DNA of 64,000 bases from a bacterium (GCA_043745355.1 JAYTSY010000009.1:17783-81782); one strand, 5' to 3'. Positions 44,715 to 55,393 are shown, numbered from the stretch's first letter. A program made the numbers and translations. The notes: a model not told the origin generated them from the sequence alone.

Positions 44715-45476
44715 ATGATGAGCTCAAAATACATATTGGCTTTAACTCTAGGTGTTGTAATGCTTGTCACAGTCGGAATCTCCGGGGTTTGGTATAACCG
44801 CTATATAGAAAGTTTTCGAGGGGATAACCTTGCCGCTGTCGGAAAGGCTAAAAAGCCACCAACAACTTCTCCTTATCAAAATAATGCACAGTGTTTTGAT
44901 GGTAAGGGTGCTAAGGCCAATAGTAACGGAGTTACCTTTGAGGGTCATGATTGGGGAATTACCTATTTCGCTGGTGCTGGTGATATAAGAATTGACAATA
45001 AACGTACGCAATGTGCCATGGAGCGCAATGAAAAAACTGGGGCATTTTATTATCCGAAGGATAGTCAAGGTAAAAAACAGTGTATAAGTTACCCAAAAGG
45101 TAGTGTCAACGGTGGCGTAGGGTATAGTGAAAAGGGTTCCGTTTCAGGAGAGTATTTGAGAGATATTGATACAAGTGGATATATTGGGGCATATCCTCTT
45201 GATAAAAATTTGCAGGCTTCTGGGCAGCTAGGAATAGATCCGAAAAAGGGCTCCGCGAATAATTACAAAGTAAAAGATCAATGTATAAATGTCTGCGGCT
45301 CTAACTCGGATGGTGTCACCGTCACTATTTCCGCTAAAATTATTGATCGCGGTCCAGGCAAGGGGCATACAATTGATGTGTCAGAAGGACTTGTCAAAAA
45401 GATGAAAAAACGCCTCCAAGTAGAGCCAGATAAGGTGGATGTCCAACTGGGTGAATGCATGAGTGGAACAAGTTAA
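44715..45476 (+). CDS. secreted or anchored protein with a possible RlpA-like double-psi beta-barrel C-terminus
   Basis: N-terminal TM. The C-terminal VTVTISAKIIDRGPGKGHTIDVSEG resembles DPBB proteins. Confidence 0.4.
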   Translation: MMSSKYILALTLGVVMLVTVGISGVWYNRYIESFRGDNLAAVGKAKKPPTTSPYQNNAQCFDGKGAKANSNGVTFEGHDWGITYFAGAGDIRIDNKRTQCAMERNEKTGAFYYPKDSQGKKQCISYPKGSVNGGVGYSEKGSVSGEYLRDIDTSGYIGAYPLDKNLQASGQLGIDPKKGSANNYKVKDQCINVCGSNSDGVTVTISAKIIDRGPGKGHTIDVSEGLVKKMKKRLQVEPDKVDVQLGECMSGTS

Positions 45477-45491
45477 AATAGTATTACACAC

Positions 45492-45522
45492 AAAAATAGC
45501 CCTCATTTAAGGGCTATTTTTG
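45492..45522 (+). terminator. rho-independent terminator
   Basis: TAGCCC / GGGCTA stem with a flanking A-run and TTTTT. Confidence 0.7.
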
Positions 45523-45672
45523 CGCACAGGGTAGTTTGACTTATATACCTAAAAGTGGTATAATTCAGTTAGATCCATATGTGTGAGTCCGATTACGGAC
45601 TATACAGTGGAAAGATTTAAACCCGACACGTTTCGGCGAAGCCAAAACGTGTCACAAGACCAAGGAGGTCAT

Positions 45673-46395
45673 ATGCAGTTCTTCAAAATGTTAGTGTTGG
45701 TCGTTACAGTAGTCGGTTCGGCGCTCGGTGAGGATTCCTATAGGGTTACGGTAGGATCCACGCCAGCTCAAATCGAGTACCCAGCCGTCGCGCTTCCCGG
45801 AAATGAGTCTATGGCAATCGCCGTCGTCAAGTTGAAGAAGGAGTCGGGATGGCCGTTGGCTGTTGCGTTTGCAGATGCGAAAATGGCCTTAGAGGTCGGC
45901 AACACTGCCGTCATGGAGGTGTCGCAGTTCGTCAAGACTGCCAGCCTCAAGGACGGAGCATCTACCGTGGATGTGATGTGGACAAAAAAGATTTCATCCA
46001 CCACCGCGACTCCCGAGAAAAAACAGTCGAAGGCTTTGGTCGGAGGTTGGAAGATCGCGGGCAAAGTGCTTTTGCGGGTTGAGATTCCACCGTTCAAGCG
46101 CGAGGGATACTCTCTCGTACGTCTTGGTAACGGTAACTACGGAGTTCACCAGCAGGCAGTGTGCTTTGGCAATCCGCCAAAATTGGGCGATCTCGTCGAG
46201 GTGACCAACCTTGAAATCTTGCTCGGTGCGCAAGAAGAGGGCGTCAGTTGGATGACTCACGTCCAAGTGAACGTGGCAATCTGCGGTAAAATCGTCAAAG
46301 GCAAGGCGGATCGGGATACTCGCGTGCTCAAATCGAATGACGCATTGTCCGTCCGATTCGTGCCAGAAAGTGAGTTGGGCGAACAAAAAAAATAA
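45673..46395 (+). CDS. secreted hypothetical protein (G+C-richer than its surroundings)
   Basis: AAGGAGG RBS before the ATG at 45673. Signal peptide MQFFKMLVLVVTVVGSALG. No recognisable domain. Confidence 0.65.
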   Translation: MQFFKMLVLVVTVVGSALGEDSYRVTVGSTPAQIEYPAVALPGNESMAIAVVKLKKESGWPLAVAFADAKMALEVGNTAVMEVSQFVKTASLKDGASTVDVMWTKKISSTTATPEKKQSKALVGGWKIAGKVLLRVEIPPFKREGYSLVRLGNGNYGVHQQAVCFGNPPKLGDLVEVTNLEILLGAQEEGVSWMTHVQVNVAICGKIVKGKADRDTRVLKSNDALSVRFVPESELGEQKK

Positions 46396-46407
46396 AAAAC
46401 AGTTGGC

Positions 46408-46433
46408 GGGGCGGCTCAAATTTGAGCCGCCCC
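46408..46433. terminator. bidirectional terminator between convergent genes
   Basis: Perfect 13-bp palindrome GGGGCGGCTCAAA / TTTGAGCCGCCCC. Confidence 0.8.
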
Positions 46434-46451
46434 TAATTATTTTTATATTTT

Positions 46452-48902
46452 TTATTTATTTATTTTATCTTTCCTACGAATGATAAGGGTCCATATCATG
46501 ATGTATAGAAACACTACTGCGCTCACGATCCATCCCAACCAAACACTTTTTGGAGTTTTAAATTCTAATGCGAATGAACTGGTTGCAAAGGTCAGCATAT
46601 ATGTAGGACTGACAAGGTACACAGTGTCTTTCTGGTTAGTCCTCAGCCACTCGGGAAAGTAACTTCTTTTTATCGTCACTGGTTGAGGACTTTGGTACGA
46701 AATTGGCAGTTCAATATTCATATGGTTTTTTGTTGCAATAAGTTTTGCTTCCTCATTTACAGCATTTGAATTAATGTGGTGACTTCTTATGAAAGTGATC
46801 ACTTCTTTGAAAGGTTCGTCGGCAGTGATAGTTGGGTCAAAGAAATAAATATTTTTTACAGACGGATCATGATTTATTTTACGGAGGAGAATTTCTACGA
46901 GCGGGTCGGGAGTATTCATAACAAGTATCTTGTGGTTGTCTGCGGCGGCGAAGGCGAGGAGTCTCGCCGCCGCGACATCCACATTCTGGTATAAAGGTTT
47001 TACAATCAACAGGTACGAAAACATATTGATGTCCCTGCTTGTATCAATCATTTGATCGCTCGCTAGTGCAACAACAGTATCCATGTTTTTACCATCCTCG
47101 AAATATTCTTCTTGTAATCGAATGTAATCCAAATCATTGAACCCATGCTCTCTAAAATGTACTGGTGCAAACATGGCGATGGGTTGATATTTTAATACTT
47201 GCGCCTGGGGGATCGATTTCTTGAAGGTAAATATACTAAAATCACCAAGATTTTTGATATTTTGTAATTCTTTCATAGTAGTAAAGTCAGTGTACATCTC
47301 GAGAGATATCGCCAAAAAATTCTGTACTCCGAGGAATCTTGCCCTGTTGAGGTTTTTTTGATCGTGAGTTTCGTAAAAGTTTGTTCTTTTACCAAGAAGG
47401 CTTGGTGATCCCCATAACTCCCAAGTATTAGAAAGAGTATTTCTAAATGGTCCTAAAAATAATGAGGAAATTGATGATTCTCGAAGGTTACTAAAAGTGG
47501 TCATGGCGCCGCCTGTTCCGAGCGCAGCATCAATCACGAATGACATTGGCTGCGAGTGCCGAAGATTCACTTCAACCGTTGCTAATTTTCCATCTTTTGG
47601 AAAATTAGCAACGAGAGAAGGAATATCTTCAGAATCGTAAGAGAGATAATAACCACCGATAAATGGATATGTGTAAGGAGATTTTAGTTCCGGCACATAC
47701 AAACCGAGTACGATGACTGCAAGTACTCCCACGATATAAAATCTATATTTATTTTTTATATTTTTTGATACCCAAAAAAATCCGTAGGGTATGAGAATGG
47801 TACTTAAGAATAAATGGGGTGCCAGCCAGCGAGCAACATGAATCGGAAAGGTGAAGTGAATTGTATCTGCAAACGCAAAGAGGATGATAAGCAAAGTAAA
47901 ACAGTAGAGAGGTAGTGATAATAAAAACATTGGCCGATTCTTTTGATCGAGTGAAGCGGGAAGGGAAAGTACGCCAAGTATTATTAGATACCAATAACGA
48001 AGGAGATACTCAATCGCAGCCCCCGCTTCTGGAATAGAAATGCCGGAGAAATATTCATAATGTGCGATGAGAGGAAAATACCAGCACGCTGCAAGTCCCG
48101 CTCCGACAATATATAAAAGCGCGTATTTTTTAAATGCAGTCCAGATTTTATTTATCACACGAGTATTCTCGGAAGGATATAAAATTTCCGCAATCGCCAT
48201 AAATAAACCCATAAAAATAGAAAAGAATACGATGTGTGCATTTGAAAAGAAGACCCCTGTTAAACATAGGATACTCAGAATATTTTTATATTTTCCTGGT
48301 CTGTCATTTAAAAAAATGAACAACCATAATACAAGCAACACAAAGCCTAAAAGTTGCGAGATCATAGCGGTCCCAATTGTTGATATTGTGCTTAGACCAA
48401 AAGAAAACCAAGTACTAGACATGAATAGGGTGCAAAGAAGGGCAGTAGACCAACAAATGAGATGTGAATCAGTCAGTCTTTTTGCCAGCTTAAATAGTGT
48501 ATAAGGGAGTAAAAATAGTAATATCAATACCACGCACTTTGTGATAGTGAGAAGGCTTAAAAATGGCAGTATATGGCCAACTAGAGCCACTATAAAGTAA
48601 AATAGGGGTGGATAGAACTGAGGAAAGGGCATTCCAGCGTACCAATTCGGTATCCATCCCCAAAGTGAGGGGAAAATGTGTGCCGAGTAATACTCCGTTA
48701 CTGCCTGGTGCGAGGCCCCATCCCATCCTTGGAGGAATGGTGCTGATATAAAGCCCAGGAACATATCAAGCCTAGAAACAACGACAATCATTACCAAAAA
48801 CAAAAAACCTACTAATCGGAGGGTCATAGGGTGTTTTTCAGCCAATTTTGAGAAATACTTCATGAAAAACGTCATATCGTATTCTAAACAATTTATTAAC
48901 AT
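46452..48902 (-). CDS. large polytopic membrane protein; possibly a YfhO/PMT-like glycosyltransferase (function uncertain)
   Basis: About 14 predicted TM helices in the N-terminal 420 aa, then a soluble domain of about 350 aa and a C-terminal TM. No diagnostic motif recognised. Confidence 0.6.
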   Translation of the reverse strand: MLINCLEYDMTFFMKYFSKLAEKHPMTLRLVGFLFLVMIVVVSRLDMFLGFISAPFLQGWDGASHQAVTEYYSAHIFPSLWGWIPNWYAGMPFPQFYPPLFYFIVALVGHILPFLSLLTITKCVVLILLFLLPYTLFKLAKRLTDSHLICWSTALLCTLFMSSTWFSFGLSTISTIGTAMISQLLGFVLLVLWLFIFLNDRPGKYKNILSILCLTGVFFSNAHIVFFSIFMGLFMAIAEILYPSENTRVINKIWTAFKKYALLYIVGAGLAACWYFPLIAHYEYFSGISIPEAGAAIEYLLRYWYLIILGVLSLPASLDQKNRPMFLLSLPLYCFTLLIILFAFADTIHFTFPIHVARWLAPHLFLSTILIPYGFFWVSKNIKNKYRFYIVGVLAVIVLGLYVPELKSPYTYPFIGGYYLSYDSEDIPSLVANFPKDGKLATVEVNLRHSQPMSFVIDAALGTGGAMTTFSNLRESSISSLFLGPFRNTLSNTWELWGSPSLLGKRTNFYETHDQKNLNRARFLGVQNFLAISLEMYTDFTTMKELQNIKNLGDFSIFTFKKSIPQAQVLKYQPIAMFAPVHFREHGFNDLDYIRLQEEYFEDGKNMDTVVALASDQMIDTSRDINMFSYLLIVKPLYQNVDVAAARLLAFAAADNHKILVMNTPDPLVEILLRKINHDPSVKNIYFFDPTITADEPFKEVITFIRSHHINSNAVNEEAKLIATKNHMNIELPISYQSPQPVTIKRSYFPEWLRTNQKDTVYLVSPTYMLTFATSSFALEFKTPKSVWLGWIVSAVVFLYIMIWTLIIRRKDKINK

Positions 48903-48932
48903 GTAGATAGGACGAGGTCCATAAATGATGAT

Positions 48933-48960
48933 TTGACATACCCTAAAAATTTGCTACTAT
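48933..48960 (+). promoter_or_regulatory. candidate sigma-70 promoter for tuf and the S10 operon
   Basis: TTGACA (48933-48938), 16-nt spacer, TGC-TACTAT (48952-48960). It would give a leader of about 200 nt. Confidence 0.4.
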
Positions 48961-49169
48961 CACCTATACGCGTTTAGGCGCCTTTTTTGTCTGGTAACTT
49001 CCGGGATGTTATATATACGAGAACGATACATACTATCGAGTCAACTATAAAAATCACTTCGTAAGCACTACTAACAAATTTTATCAAAAAATAATTAATT
49101 ATAGGGCTTATTTGCTAGCTATAAGGCAATCTCGCGCCTTTATAGGTGGTAAATAACTCTCCAAATCAT

Positions 49170-50366
49170 ATGGCACAAGCAGTATTTGATCGATCAAAGC
49201 CTCACGTAAACGTAGGCACAATCGGACACGTTGACCACGGAAAGACAACTCTTACGGCAGCAATTCTCAATGTATTGCACCGAGCTGGTATGGAGGCAAC
49301 CATTAAGGCTGTCGGCGATATCGACAAGGCTCCTGAAGAAAAAGCTCGTGGAATCACCATTTCTCTTTCTCACAGTGAATATGCAACAGCTGCTCGTCAC
49401 TATGCTCACATTGATGCTCCAGGTCACGCCGACTACATCAAGAACATGATCACTGGTGCCGCTCAGATGGACGGAGCTATTCTCGTAGTAGCTGCAACTG
49501 ACGGAGCAATGCCACAGACACGAGAACACGTTCTCTTGGCTAAGCAGGTAGGTGTGCCAAAGATGGTAGTATTCCTCAACAAGTGCGACATGGTTGATGA
49601 CAAAGACATGATCGACCTCGTAGAAGCTGAAATTCGTGAACTTCTCACAAAGAATGGTTTCGATGGCGAAAATGCTCCTGTTATCAAGGGTTCTGCTCTC
49701 AAGGCGCTCGAAGCTACTGGTGTAGATGATGAGTGGTCAAAGAAAGTTCTCGAACTCGTCACAGCGCTCGATACATATATTCCAGTTCCAGTTCGTGAAA
49801 CTGACAAGCCTTTCCTTATGCCTATTGAAGATATCTTCTCTATCGAAGGACGAGGTACTGTAGTTACAGGACGAATCGAACGAGGTATGTGCAAAGTTGG
49901 TGAAGAAATCGAAATCGTCGGTCTCAAGGATACTGTTAAGACAACTATCACTGGTATTGAAATGTTCAACAAGCAGTTGAACGAAGGTATGGCTGGCGAC
50001 AACGCTGGTATCCTCCTCCGAGGTTTGAAGAAAGAAGATTTGACACGAGGTCAGGTCCTTGCAAAGCCAGGTTCAGTGAAGCCTCATACAGACTTCGAAG
50101 CAGAAGTGTACATTCTCAAAAAGGAAGAAGGCGGACGACACACACCATTCTTCACAGGTTACAAGCCACAGTTTTACGTTCGAACAACGGACGTTACAGG
50201 TGAAGTGACTCTTGCTGAAGGAGTTGAAATGGTTATGCCAGGCGACACTGTTACTTTCAAAGTAAAGCTCGTTGCCCCTATCGCTCTTGAAGACAAATTC
50301 CATTTCGCTATCCGTGAAGGTGGAAAGACCGTAGGTGCGGGTGTAGTAACAAAGATCGTTGCGTAA
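49170..50366 (+). CDS. tuf: elongation factor Tu
   Basis: [18 protein letters not shown]. The ATG at 49170 is preferred over the GTG at 49146. Confidence 0.97.
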   Translation: MAQAVFDRSKPHVNVGTIGHVDHGKTTLTAAILNVLHRAGMEATIKAVGDIDKAPEEKARGITISLSHSEYATAARHYAHIDAPGHADYIKNMITGAAQMDGAILVVAATDGAMPQTREHVLLAKQVGVPKMVVFLNKCDMVDDKDMIDLVEAEIRELLTKNGFDGENAPVIKGSALKALEATGVDDEWSKKVLELVTALDTYIPVPVRETDKPFLMPIEDIFSIEGRGTVVTGRIERGMCKVGEEIEIVGLKDTVKTTITGIEMFNKQLNEGMAGDNAGILLRGLKKEDLTRGQVLAKPGSVKPHTDFEAEVYILKKEEGGRHTPFFTGYKPQFYVRTTDVTGEVTLAEGVEMVMPGDTVTFKVKLVAPIALEDKFHFAIREGGKTVGAGVVTKIVA

Positions 50367-50393
50367 TCATCTCTAATTACTAAATAGTCCTTT

Positions 50394-50759
50394 ATGGCAA
50401 CAGCTCCTAAAAAGAAAACAACAGCAAAGACATCAAAGGCAGAAGCCGATGCGTCTAGCAAGCTTCGCATCCGAGTGCGGGCGTACGAATCAAAGATCCT
50501 CGATGCGTCTGTAAAGCAGATCATGGATACTGCGCTTCGATACGATGCACAAGTACTTGGTCCGATTCCACTTCCAACTGAGATCAAGAAATATACAGTC
50601 AATCGTTCAGCTTTCATCTATAAAAATGCGCGAGAACAATTTGAGATGCGAGTTCACAAGCGATTGCTTGATATCGTAAATCCCGGAGCAAAAGTGATCG
50701 AGTCACTTACAAACCTCAGCCTACCATCTGGCGTCAACATTGACGTCAAGATGATGTAA
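50394..50759 (+). CDS. rpsJ: 30S ribosomal protein S10 (with a basic N-terminal extension of about 19 aa)
   Basis: KLRIRVRAYESKILD... is the S10 core. Operon position supports the call. Confidence 0.95.
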   Translation: MATAPKKKTTAKTSKAEADASSKLRIRVRAYESKILDASVKQIMDTALRYDAQVLGPIPLPTEIKKYTVNRSAFIYKNAREQFEMRVHKRLLDIVNPGAKVIESLTNLSLPSGVNIDVKMM

Positions 50760-50806
50760 TCATCGCCTCAAGAAACTTACACAGAATTATCCACTATTCA
50801 ACTGTC

Positions 50807-51406
50807 ATGAAATTTATCCTCGGCACAAAACAGAATATGACGCAGCTCTTCGATGAGGAGGGTAGAGTTCATCCTGTGACCGTTCTCAAGACCGCCCCTA
50901 TTGTTGTTACGCAAGTGAAGACAAAAGAAAAAGATGGTTATGAAGCAATGCAGGTTGGCTACGGCGTGAAAAGCGCTAAGCGAATCAACAAAGCACAGAA
51001 GGGTCACTACAAGGAGATGGGCAATTTCCAAACACTTATGGAAGTGACTGGAGTTACCTCACCTGCAGTTGGTGAAAAAGTAGAGAGTTCAATTGAAGCC
51101 GGCGACACTGTCACGGTTTCTGCAATTTCAAAAGGAAAGGGATTCCAGGGTGTCGTCAAGCGACACGGTTTCCACGGAGGTCCACGATCTCACGGTCAGA
51201 AACACTCTGAACGAGAGGCGGGATCAATTGGCTCAGCTGGAGTTCAGCGAGTATTTAAAGGTTTGCGAATGGCTGGGCGTATGGGAGGAGATCGAATCAC
51301 GGTCAAGAATCTTACTGTCGTTGCATTCGATAAAGAAAATGGTGAGCTCTTCATTCGAGGAGCAATTCCAGGTCGACGCGGTACACTCGTAGAAGTACGA
51401 GGCTAA
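50807..51406 (+). CDS. rplC: 50S ribosomal protein L3
   Basis: Sequence and operon position. Confidence 0.95.
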   Translation: MKFILGTKQNMTQLFDEEGRVHPVTVLKTAPIVVTQVKTKEKDGYEAMQVGYGVKSAKRINKAQKGHYKEMGNFQTLMEVTGVTSPAVGEKVESSIEAGDTVTVSAISKGKGFQGVVKRHGFHGGPRSHGQKHSEREAGSIGSAGVQRVFKGLRMAGRMGGDRITVKNLTVVAFDKENGELFIRGAIPGRRGTLVEVRG

Positions 51407-51428
51407 TCTTCTTCTTAATCACACTATT

Positions 51429-52166
51429 ATGGCAACACTCAAAACAACAAAAAAGACAGTAACGAAAATTCCGAAAGAGAAGAAGATTAAGGTTGCGTCA
51501 AATCTCGATGCAACAATCTACGCTCAGGATGGTAAGTCATCTGGAACAATTTCACTTCCACCAGAAATCTTCGGTCTCTCATGGAATGCGGATCTCGTTC
51601 ACCAGGTAGTCACCTCTATGCGCATGGATGCTCGAATCCCTTATGCTCACGCAAAGGATCGAAGCGACGTTCGTGGAGGAGGTAAAAAGCCTTGGAAGCA
51701 AAAGGGAACTGGCCGCGCTCGACACGGATCATCACGATCTCCGATCTGGATTGGTGGAGGTGTTGCACACGGTCCTACAAACGAACAGAACTTTGCTCGA
51801 AAGATCAATAAGAAAATGAAAGCAAAAGCAGTCTTTACCATCCTTTCTCGCAAGATGCGAGACGGTGAAGTCATGTTCGTAAAAGAACTTGCACTCAAGG
51901 CTCCAAAGACAGTTGAGGCACGAGACATTCTCACAAAGCTCGGAACAGTTTCTGGATACGATATGCTTTCAAAGCGACGAAATAACGCAGCGCTCATCAC
52001 AGTTCCAACGCTTGAGAAAAACGTGAAGTTCGGTTTCCAAAATATGAGCAATTTGGAAGTAAGCGAATTGCGAAACTTGAATCCGCTCGCACTTCTTCAG
52101 TATAAATACGTAGTCATCTCATCACCTGAAGAGTCAGTGAAGATGCTTGCTTCTAAAATACAGTAA
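51429..52166 (+). CDS. rplD: 50S ribosomal protein L4
   Basis: Sequence (GGGKKPWKQKGTGRAR) and operon position. Confidence 0.95.
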   Translation: MATLKTTKKTVTKIPKEKKIKVASNLDATIYAQDGKSSGTISLPPEIFGLSWNADLVHQVVTSMRMDARIPYAHAKDRSDVRGGGKKPWKQKGTGRARHGSSRSPIWIGGGVAHGPTNEQNFARKINKKMKAKAVFTILSRKMRDGEVMFVKELALKAPKTVEARDILTKLGTVSGYDMLSKRRNNAALITVPTLEKNVKFGFQNMSNLEVSELRNLNPLALLQYKYVVISSPEESVKMLASKIQ

Positions 52167-52176
52167 TCCAACGACC

Positions 52177-52473
52177 ATGACAAACCTCTCAATTCAAAAA
52201 CACACAAACGCAGTCATCAAAAAACCTCGCATCACCGAGAAGGCAACTGTTGTCACTGAAAAGAATCAGTATGTATTCGAAGTAACTCCTGAAGCTACAA
52301 AGGCATCTGTGATGAAGGCTATCTTTCAGATGTACAAAGTGAAGCCTGTTAAAGTGAACATGGCAATGACTCCTATGAAAAAAGTTCGCGTCCGAGGCAA
52401 AATTGGTTCGAAATCTGCCATCAAAAAAGCGTACATCTATCTCAAAAAAGGAGATAAGATAGACATCGCGTAA
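52177..52473 (+). CDS. rplW: 50S ribosomal protein L23
   Basis: Sequence and operon position. The start at 52177 lies after the rplD stop. Confidence 0.92.
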   Translation: MTNLSIQKHTNAVIKKPRITEKATVVTEKNQYVFEVTPEATKASVMKAIFQMYKVKPVKVNMAMTPMKKVRVRGKIGSKSAIKKAYIYLKKGDKIDIA

Positions 52474-52493
52474 TCCTGCATAATCAAACCATC

Positions 52494-53336
52494 ATGAAAC
52501 GATATAAACCAACAAGCAAATCTAGGCGGAATATGGCAACCATCTCATACCGAGGTGTGATTACTACCAATGAGCCGCACAAGGCACTCACTCATGGTTT
52601 CCGACGTGGTTCAGGGCGAAACAATACAGGTCGTGTTACAACACGACACAAGGGAGGTGGACATAAGCGAATGTATCGAGAAATCGACTTCGTATATGAC
52701 AAGAAGAATATTCCAGCAAAGGTAATGACAGTTGAGTACGATCCAAACCGAACAGCATTCATCGCGCTCGTAAACTATGCTGACGGAGAAAAGCGATATG
52801 TAGTTCTTCCAAAGTCACTGAAACCAGGTGATACATTCCACGTAGGTGAAAAAGTAGAAGTAAAACCAGGTAACCGACTTCCACTCAAGAACATCCCCGT
52901 AGGTACATTTGTATATAATATTGAAGTAAAACCTTTGGGTGGTGCAAAGCTTGTCCGATCAGCTGGTAGCTACGCTGAAGTTATTGCTCAGGACGAAGGA
53001 TATTCTCAGATCAAAATGCCTTCATCAGAAGTGCGCAAGATCAAAGACGAAGCATGGGCATCAGTCGGAGAAGTATCAAACGATGAGAACCGACTTCAGA
53101 ACTATGGTAAGGCTGGACGAAGCAGATGGAAGGGTATCAAGCCTACTGTTCGAGGTACTGCTATGAACGCAGTGGATCACCCACACGGAGGAGGAGAAGG
53201 ACGACAAGGACGAGGACGACGACGCGCGATCTCAGTGTACGGAAAGCCTACAGGAAAAGGCCAGAAGTCACGACGCCCAAAGAAGTACTCAAACAAGTTG
53301 ATTGTTTCGAGACGAAAGGTGGGGAAGAAGCGATAA
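52494..53336 (+). CDS. rplB: 50S ribosomal protein L2
   Basis: Sequence (MNAVDHPHGGGEG) and operon position. Confidence 0.96.
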   Translation: MKRYKPTSKSRRNMATISYRGVITTNEPHKALTHGFRRGSGRNNTGRVTTRHKGGGHKRMYREIDFVYDKKNIPAKVMTVEYDPNRTAFIALVNYADGEKRYVVLPKSLKPGDTFHVGEKVEVKPGNRLPLKNIPVGTFVYNIEVKPLGGAKLVRSAGSYAEVIAQDEGYSQIKMPSSEVRKIKDEAWASVGEVSNDENRLQNYGKAGRSRWKGIKPTVRGTAMNAVDHPHGGGEGRQGRGRRRAISVYGKPTGKGQKSRRPKKYSNKLIVSRRKVGKKR

Positions 53337-53350
53337 TCATAAATAAAAGG

Positions 53351-53401
53351 GGTCAGTCCCCATTTCGCAACTCAAACAAAAGCCCCGAGAGGGGCTTTTT
53401 G
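53351..53401 (+). terminator. tandem hairpins after rplB
   Basis: GGGGTCAGTCCCC, then AAAAGCCCC-GAGA-GGGGCTTTTT. Confidence 0.7.
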
Positions 53402-53408
53402 TTATAAT
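53400..53408 (+). promoter_or_regulatory. candidate extended -10 (TGTTATAAT) for the inserted four-gene block
   Basis: It ends 7 nt before the ATG at 53416, which implies a leaderless or near-leaderless mRNA. Confidence 0.4.
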
Positions 53409-53415
53409 GTGTGAT

Positions 53416-53823
53416 ATGAAAATAAATCAAACACTTATTGACGCGGCTATAGCTTTGATGAAAGAAAAATATCCAAATACTGCAGGGGGAGCTGCTGCTC
53501 TATATACAGAAGATGGAAAAATACTCACAAGTGTCGGTATAGAAAAAGCGCTACATGATTCGGTTAATTTGTGTCATGAGACAGGATCGATTTTGGAGGC
53601 CATAAAATTAGATAAAAAAGTTACCGCTTCGGTATGTGTAGGAAGATTGGGTGTAGATGAACCAGTTTTAATTTATGCACCTTGCGGTATTTGTCAGGAG
53701 CGGCTTAGAATATGGGGCGAAGAGGTTGAAGTTGCGGTTGCAAAAAGTAATGATCCAACAAGGTGGGAGTCAAAGACCCTGAAAGAAGTTCAGCCTTATT
53801 ATTGGGGAAATGTTTTTAAATAA
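53416..53823 (+). CDS. cytidine/deoxycytidylate deaminase-family protein (cdd or blasticidin-S-deaminase-like)
   Basis: Zinc motifs CHETG (H/C-A-E type) and PCGICQE. The start at 53416 is preferred because 53407 lies within the -10 box. Confidence 0.75.
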   Translation: MKINQTLIDAAIALMKEKYPNTAGGAAALYTEDGKILTSVGIEKALHDSVNLCHETGSILEAIKLDKKVTASVCVGRLGVDEPVLIYAPCGICQERLRIWGEEVEVAVAKSNDPTRWESKTLKEVQPYYWGNVFK

Positions 53824-53824
53824 T

Positions 53825-54319
53825 ATGGAAATCAAATCAAAAATGAACTGCGTAGATAATGAGTTTGGAGTTGTATACAGAGATATTGATTCTGTTCTCG
53901 AATTAGGCGACAGGAGGGTCACTGGTGTTCACGCATATTGTTTCTACAATGATAAGTTAGTAATAGTCTATGCCGCAAAGAAAGATACGTGGACTCCACC
54001 AGGTGGAGGGGTGGAAAAAGGAGAAACGGCAGAAGAAGCAGTGATACGTGAAATTAAAGAGGAGTCAAATATGAGAGTGTTACATCATCAGTTTATTGGG
54101 TATCAAGATATTACTGAGCCAAGGGGAGTGATCACTCAAACTCGTTCGTTTTGCATAGTTGAACCATATGGTGATTTTATTGAGGATCCAGACGAGGGTG
54201 ATATAACAGAGATTAAATTAATTGATCCTAAGGATTACAAACAATACTTTGACTGGGGTGAGATAGGTGATCATATTATGGAGAGAGCTTTGGAGTTAAA
54301 GGAAAAATATAAGGATTGA
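53825..54319 (+). CDS. NUDIX hydrolase
   Basis: Nudix box GGGVEKGETAEEAVIREIKEESN. Confidence 0.85.
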   Translation: MEIKSKMNCVDNEFGVVYRDIDSVLELGDRRVTGVHAYCFYNDKLVIVYAAKKDTWTPPGGGVEKGETAEEAVIREIKEESNMRVLHHQFIGYQDITEPRGVITQTRSFCIVEPYGDFIEDPDEGDITEIKLIDPKDYKQYFDWGEIGDHIMERALELKEKYKD

Positions 54320-54452
54320 TATCTTTTCTAAATTAAGCCCAGGTTAAATAATGGCTTGACTTTTCCTTCTCTCTGCGTAGGATTACAACTGAAAGTCACC
54401 TGCGCCAGCGAAAGCTGTGTGCAGGTTTTCGTTTGGGGAGTATACTATCGCC

Positions 54453-55100
54453 ATGATAAGAGTAAATTTATTAATCGATGGAGGTAATTTCTATCATTTG
54501 GTATTGAAGAAATTAGGTATCAATGAAAAGAACTTTGATTTTGATAAGTTTGCAGATTTTCTTGTGGGGACAGAAAGAACCATTTCAGAAATGGGTAAGA
54601 GATACTACGTTGGAACGGTCAGAGAGAAAGAGGGTGACGAGAGGAGTAAAGAAGCTATGGCTAAACAAACTTCTTTTTTCGCCAAGCTCAAAACTACAAA
54701 ATGGGAAATAAAAACAAGTAAATTAAGAACAAGAACAGAAGAAATAAAAATTGACTCAAGAGTACAGAATTATAAGAGCTTGCAAAAGCTCGGAATTACA
54801 TCAATAAAAATAGAAAGACAAAGGGAAAAAGGTATTGATGTTAAATTAGCCACTGATCTCATTGTCGGGGCTGTCGACAATAAGTATGACACTGCAATTG
54901 TGCTTAGTTCTGACGGAGATTTGTTACCAGCGATTGACTGGGTAAGGCATCGCTATCATAAAAAGATCGAATATGTAGGTTTTTCTATTATTGATCCAAA
55001 AAACCCAGATAATCCAACAAAACCACTGTTATCGATGATTCCAAAAACAGATATTCAGAGGACATTAACACACGATGACCTAAAGGCGTTTATTAAATAA
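54453..55100 (+). CDS. NYN-domain (LabA/DUF88-like, PIN-fold) protein
   Basis: LLIDGGNFYH, GIDVKLATDL and VLSSDGDLLPA motifs. Confidence 0.75.
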   Translation: MIRVNLLIDGGNFYHLVLKKLGINEKNFDFDKFADFLVGTERTISEMGKRYYVGTVREKEGDERSKEAMAKQTSFFAKLKTTKWEIKTSKLRTRTEEIKIDSRVQNYKSLQKLGITSIKIERQREKGIDVKLATDLIVGAVDNKYDTAIVLSSDGDLLPAIDWVRHRYHKKIEYVGFSIIDPKNPDNPTKPLLSMIPKTDIQRTLTHDDLKAFIK

Positions 55101-55147
55101 AGATTTGTAATAAATCGCGTGGAAATAGGTCTCTATGGATATATTTT

Positions 55148-55369
55148 ATGCTAAAAACCACCTACGACCCCGAGGCGGAGGCCATTTATATGTTCATAAA
55201 TAAGGCTAAAATCGAAAAAACCCTCTCTTTTAACGATCTCGTTCAAATCGACCTTGATATTAAGGAAAATATCGTGGGAATTGAGGTTTTAGGGGTCTCA
55301 AACGGTCTGATTCGTCACTTTCAAAACATCCAGCTTTTAGGCTCTAAAAACAGGGTCGCGGTCATTTGA
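55148..55369 (+). CDS. DUF2283-like small protein
   Basis: [10 protein letters not shown]...[12 protein letters not shown] pattern. Confidence 0.6.
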   Translation: MLKTTYDPEAEAIYMFINKAKIEKTLSFNDLVQIDLDIKENIVGIEVLGVSNGLIRHFQNIQLLGSKNRVAVI

Positions 55370-55384
55370 CACAGTATTTTTTTC

Positions 55385-55393
55385 TGATAGTAT
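55385..55393 (+). promoter_or_regulatory. candidate extended -10 (TGATAGTAT) restarting transcription before rpsS
   Basis: Read directly. It is followed by a leader of about 85 nt containing CTGTAG..GGC / GCC..CTACAG pairing. Confidence 0.3.
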
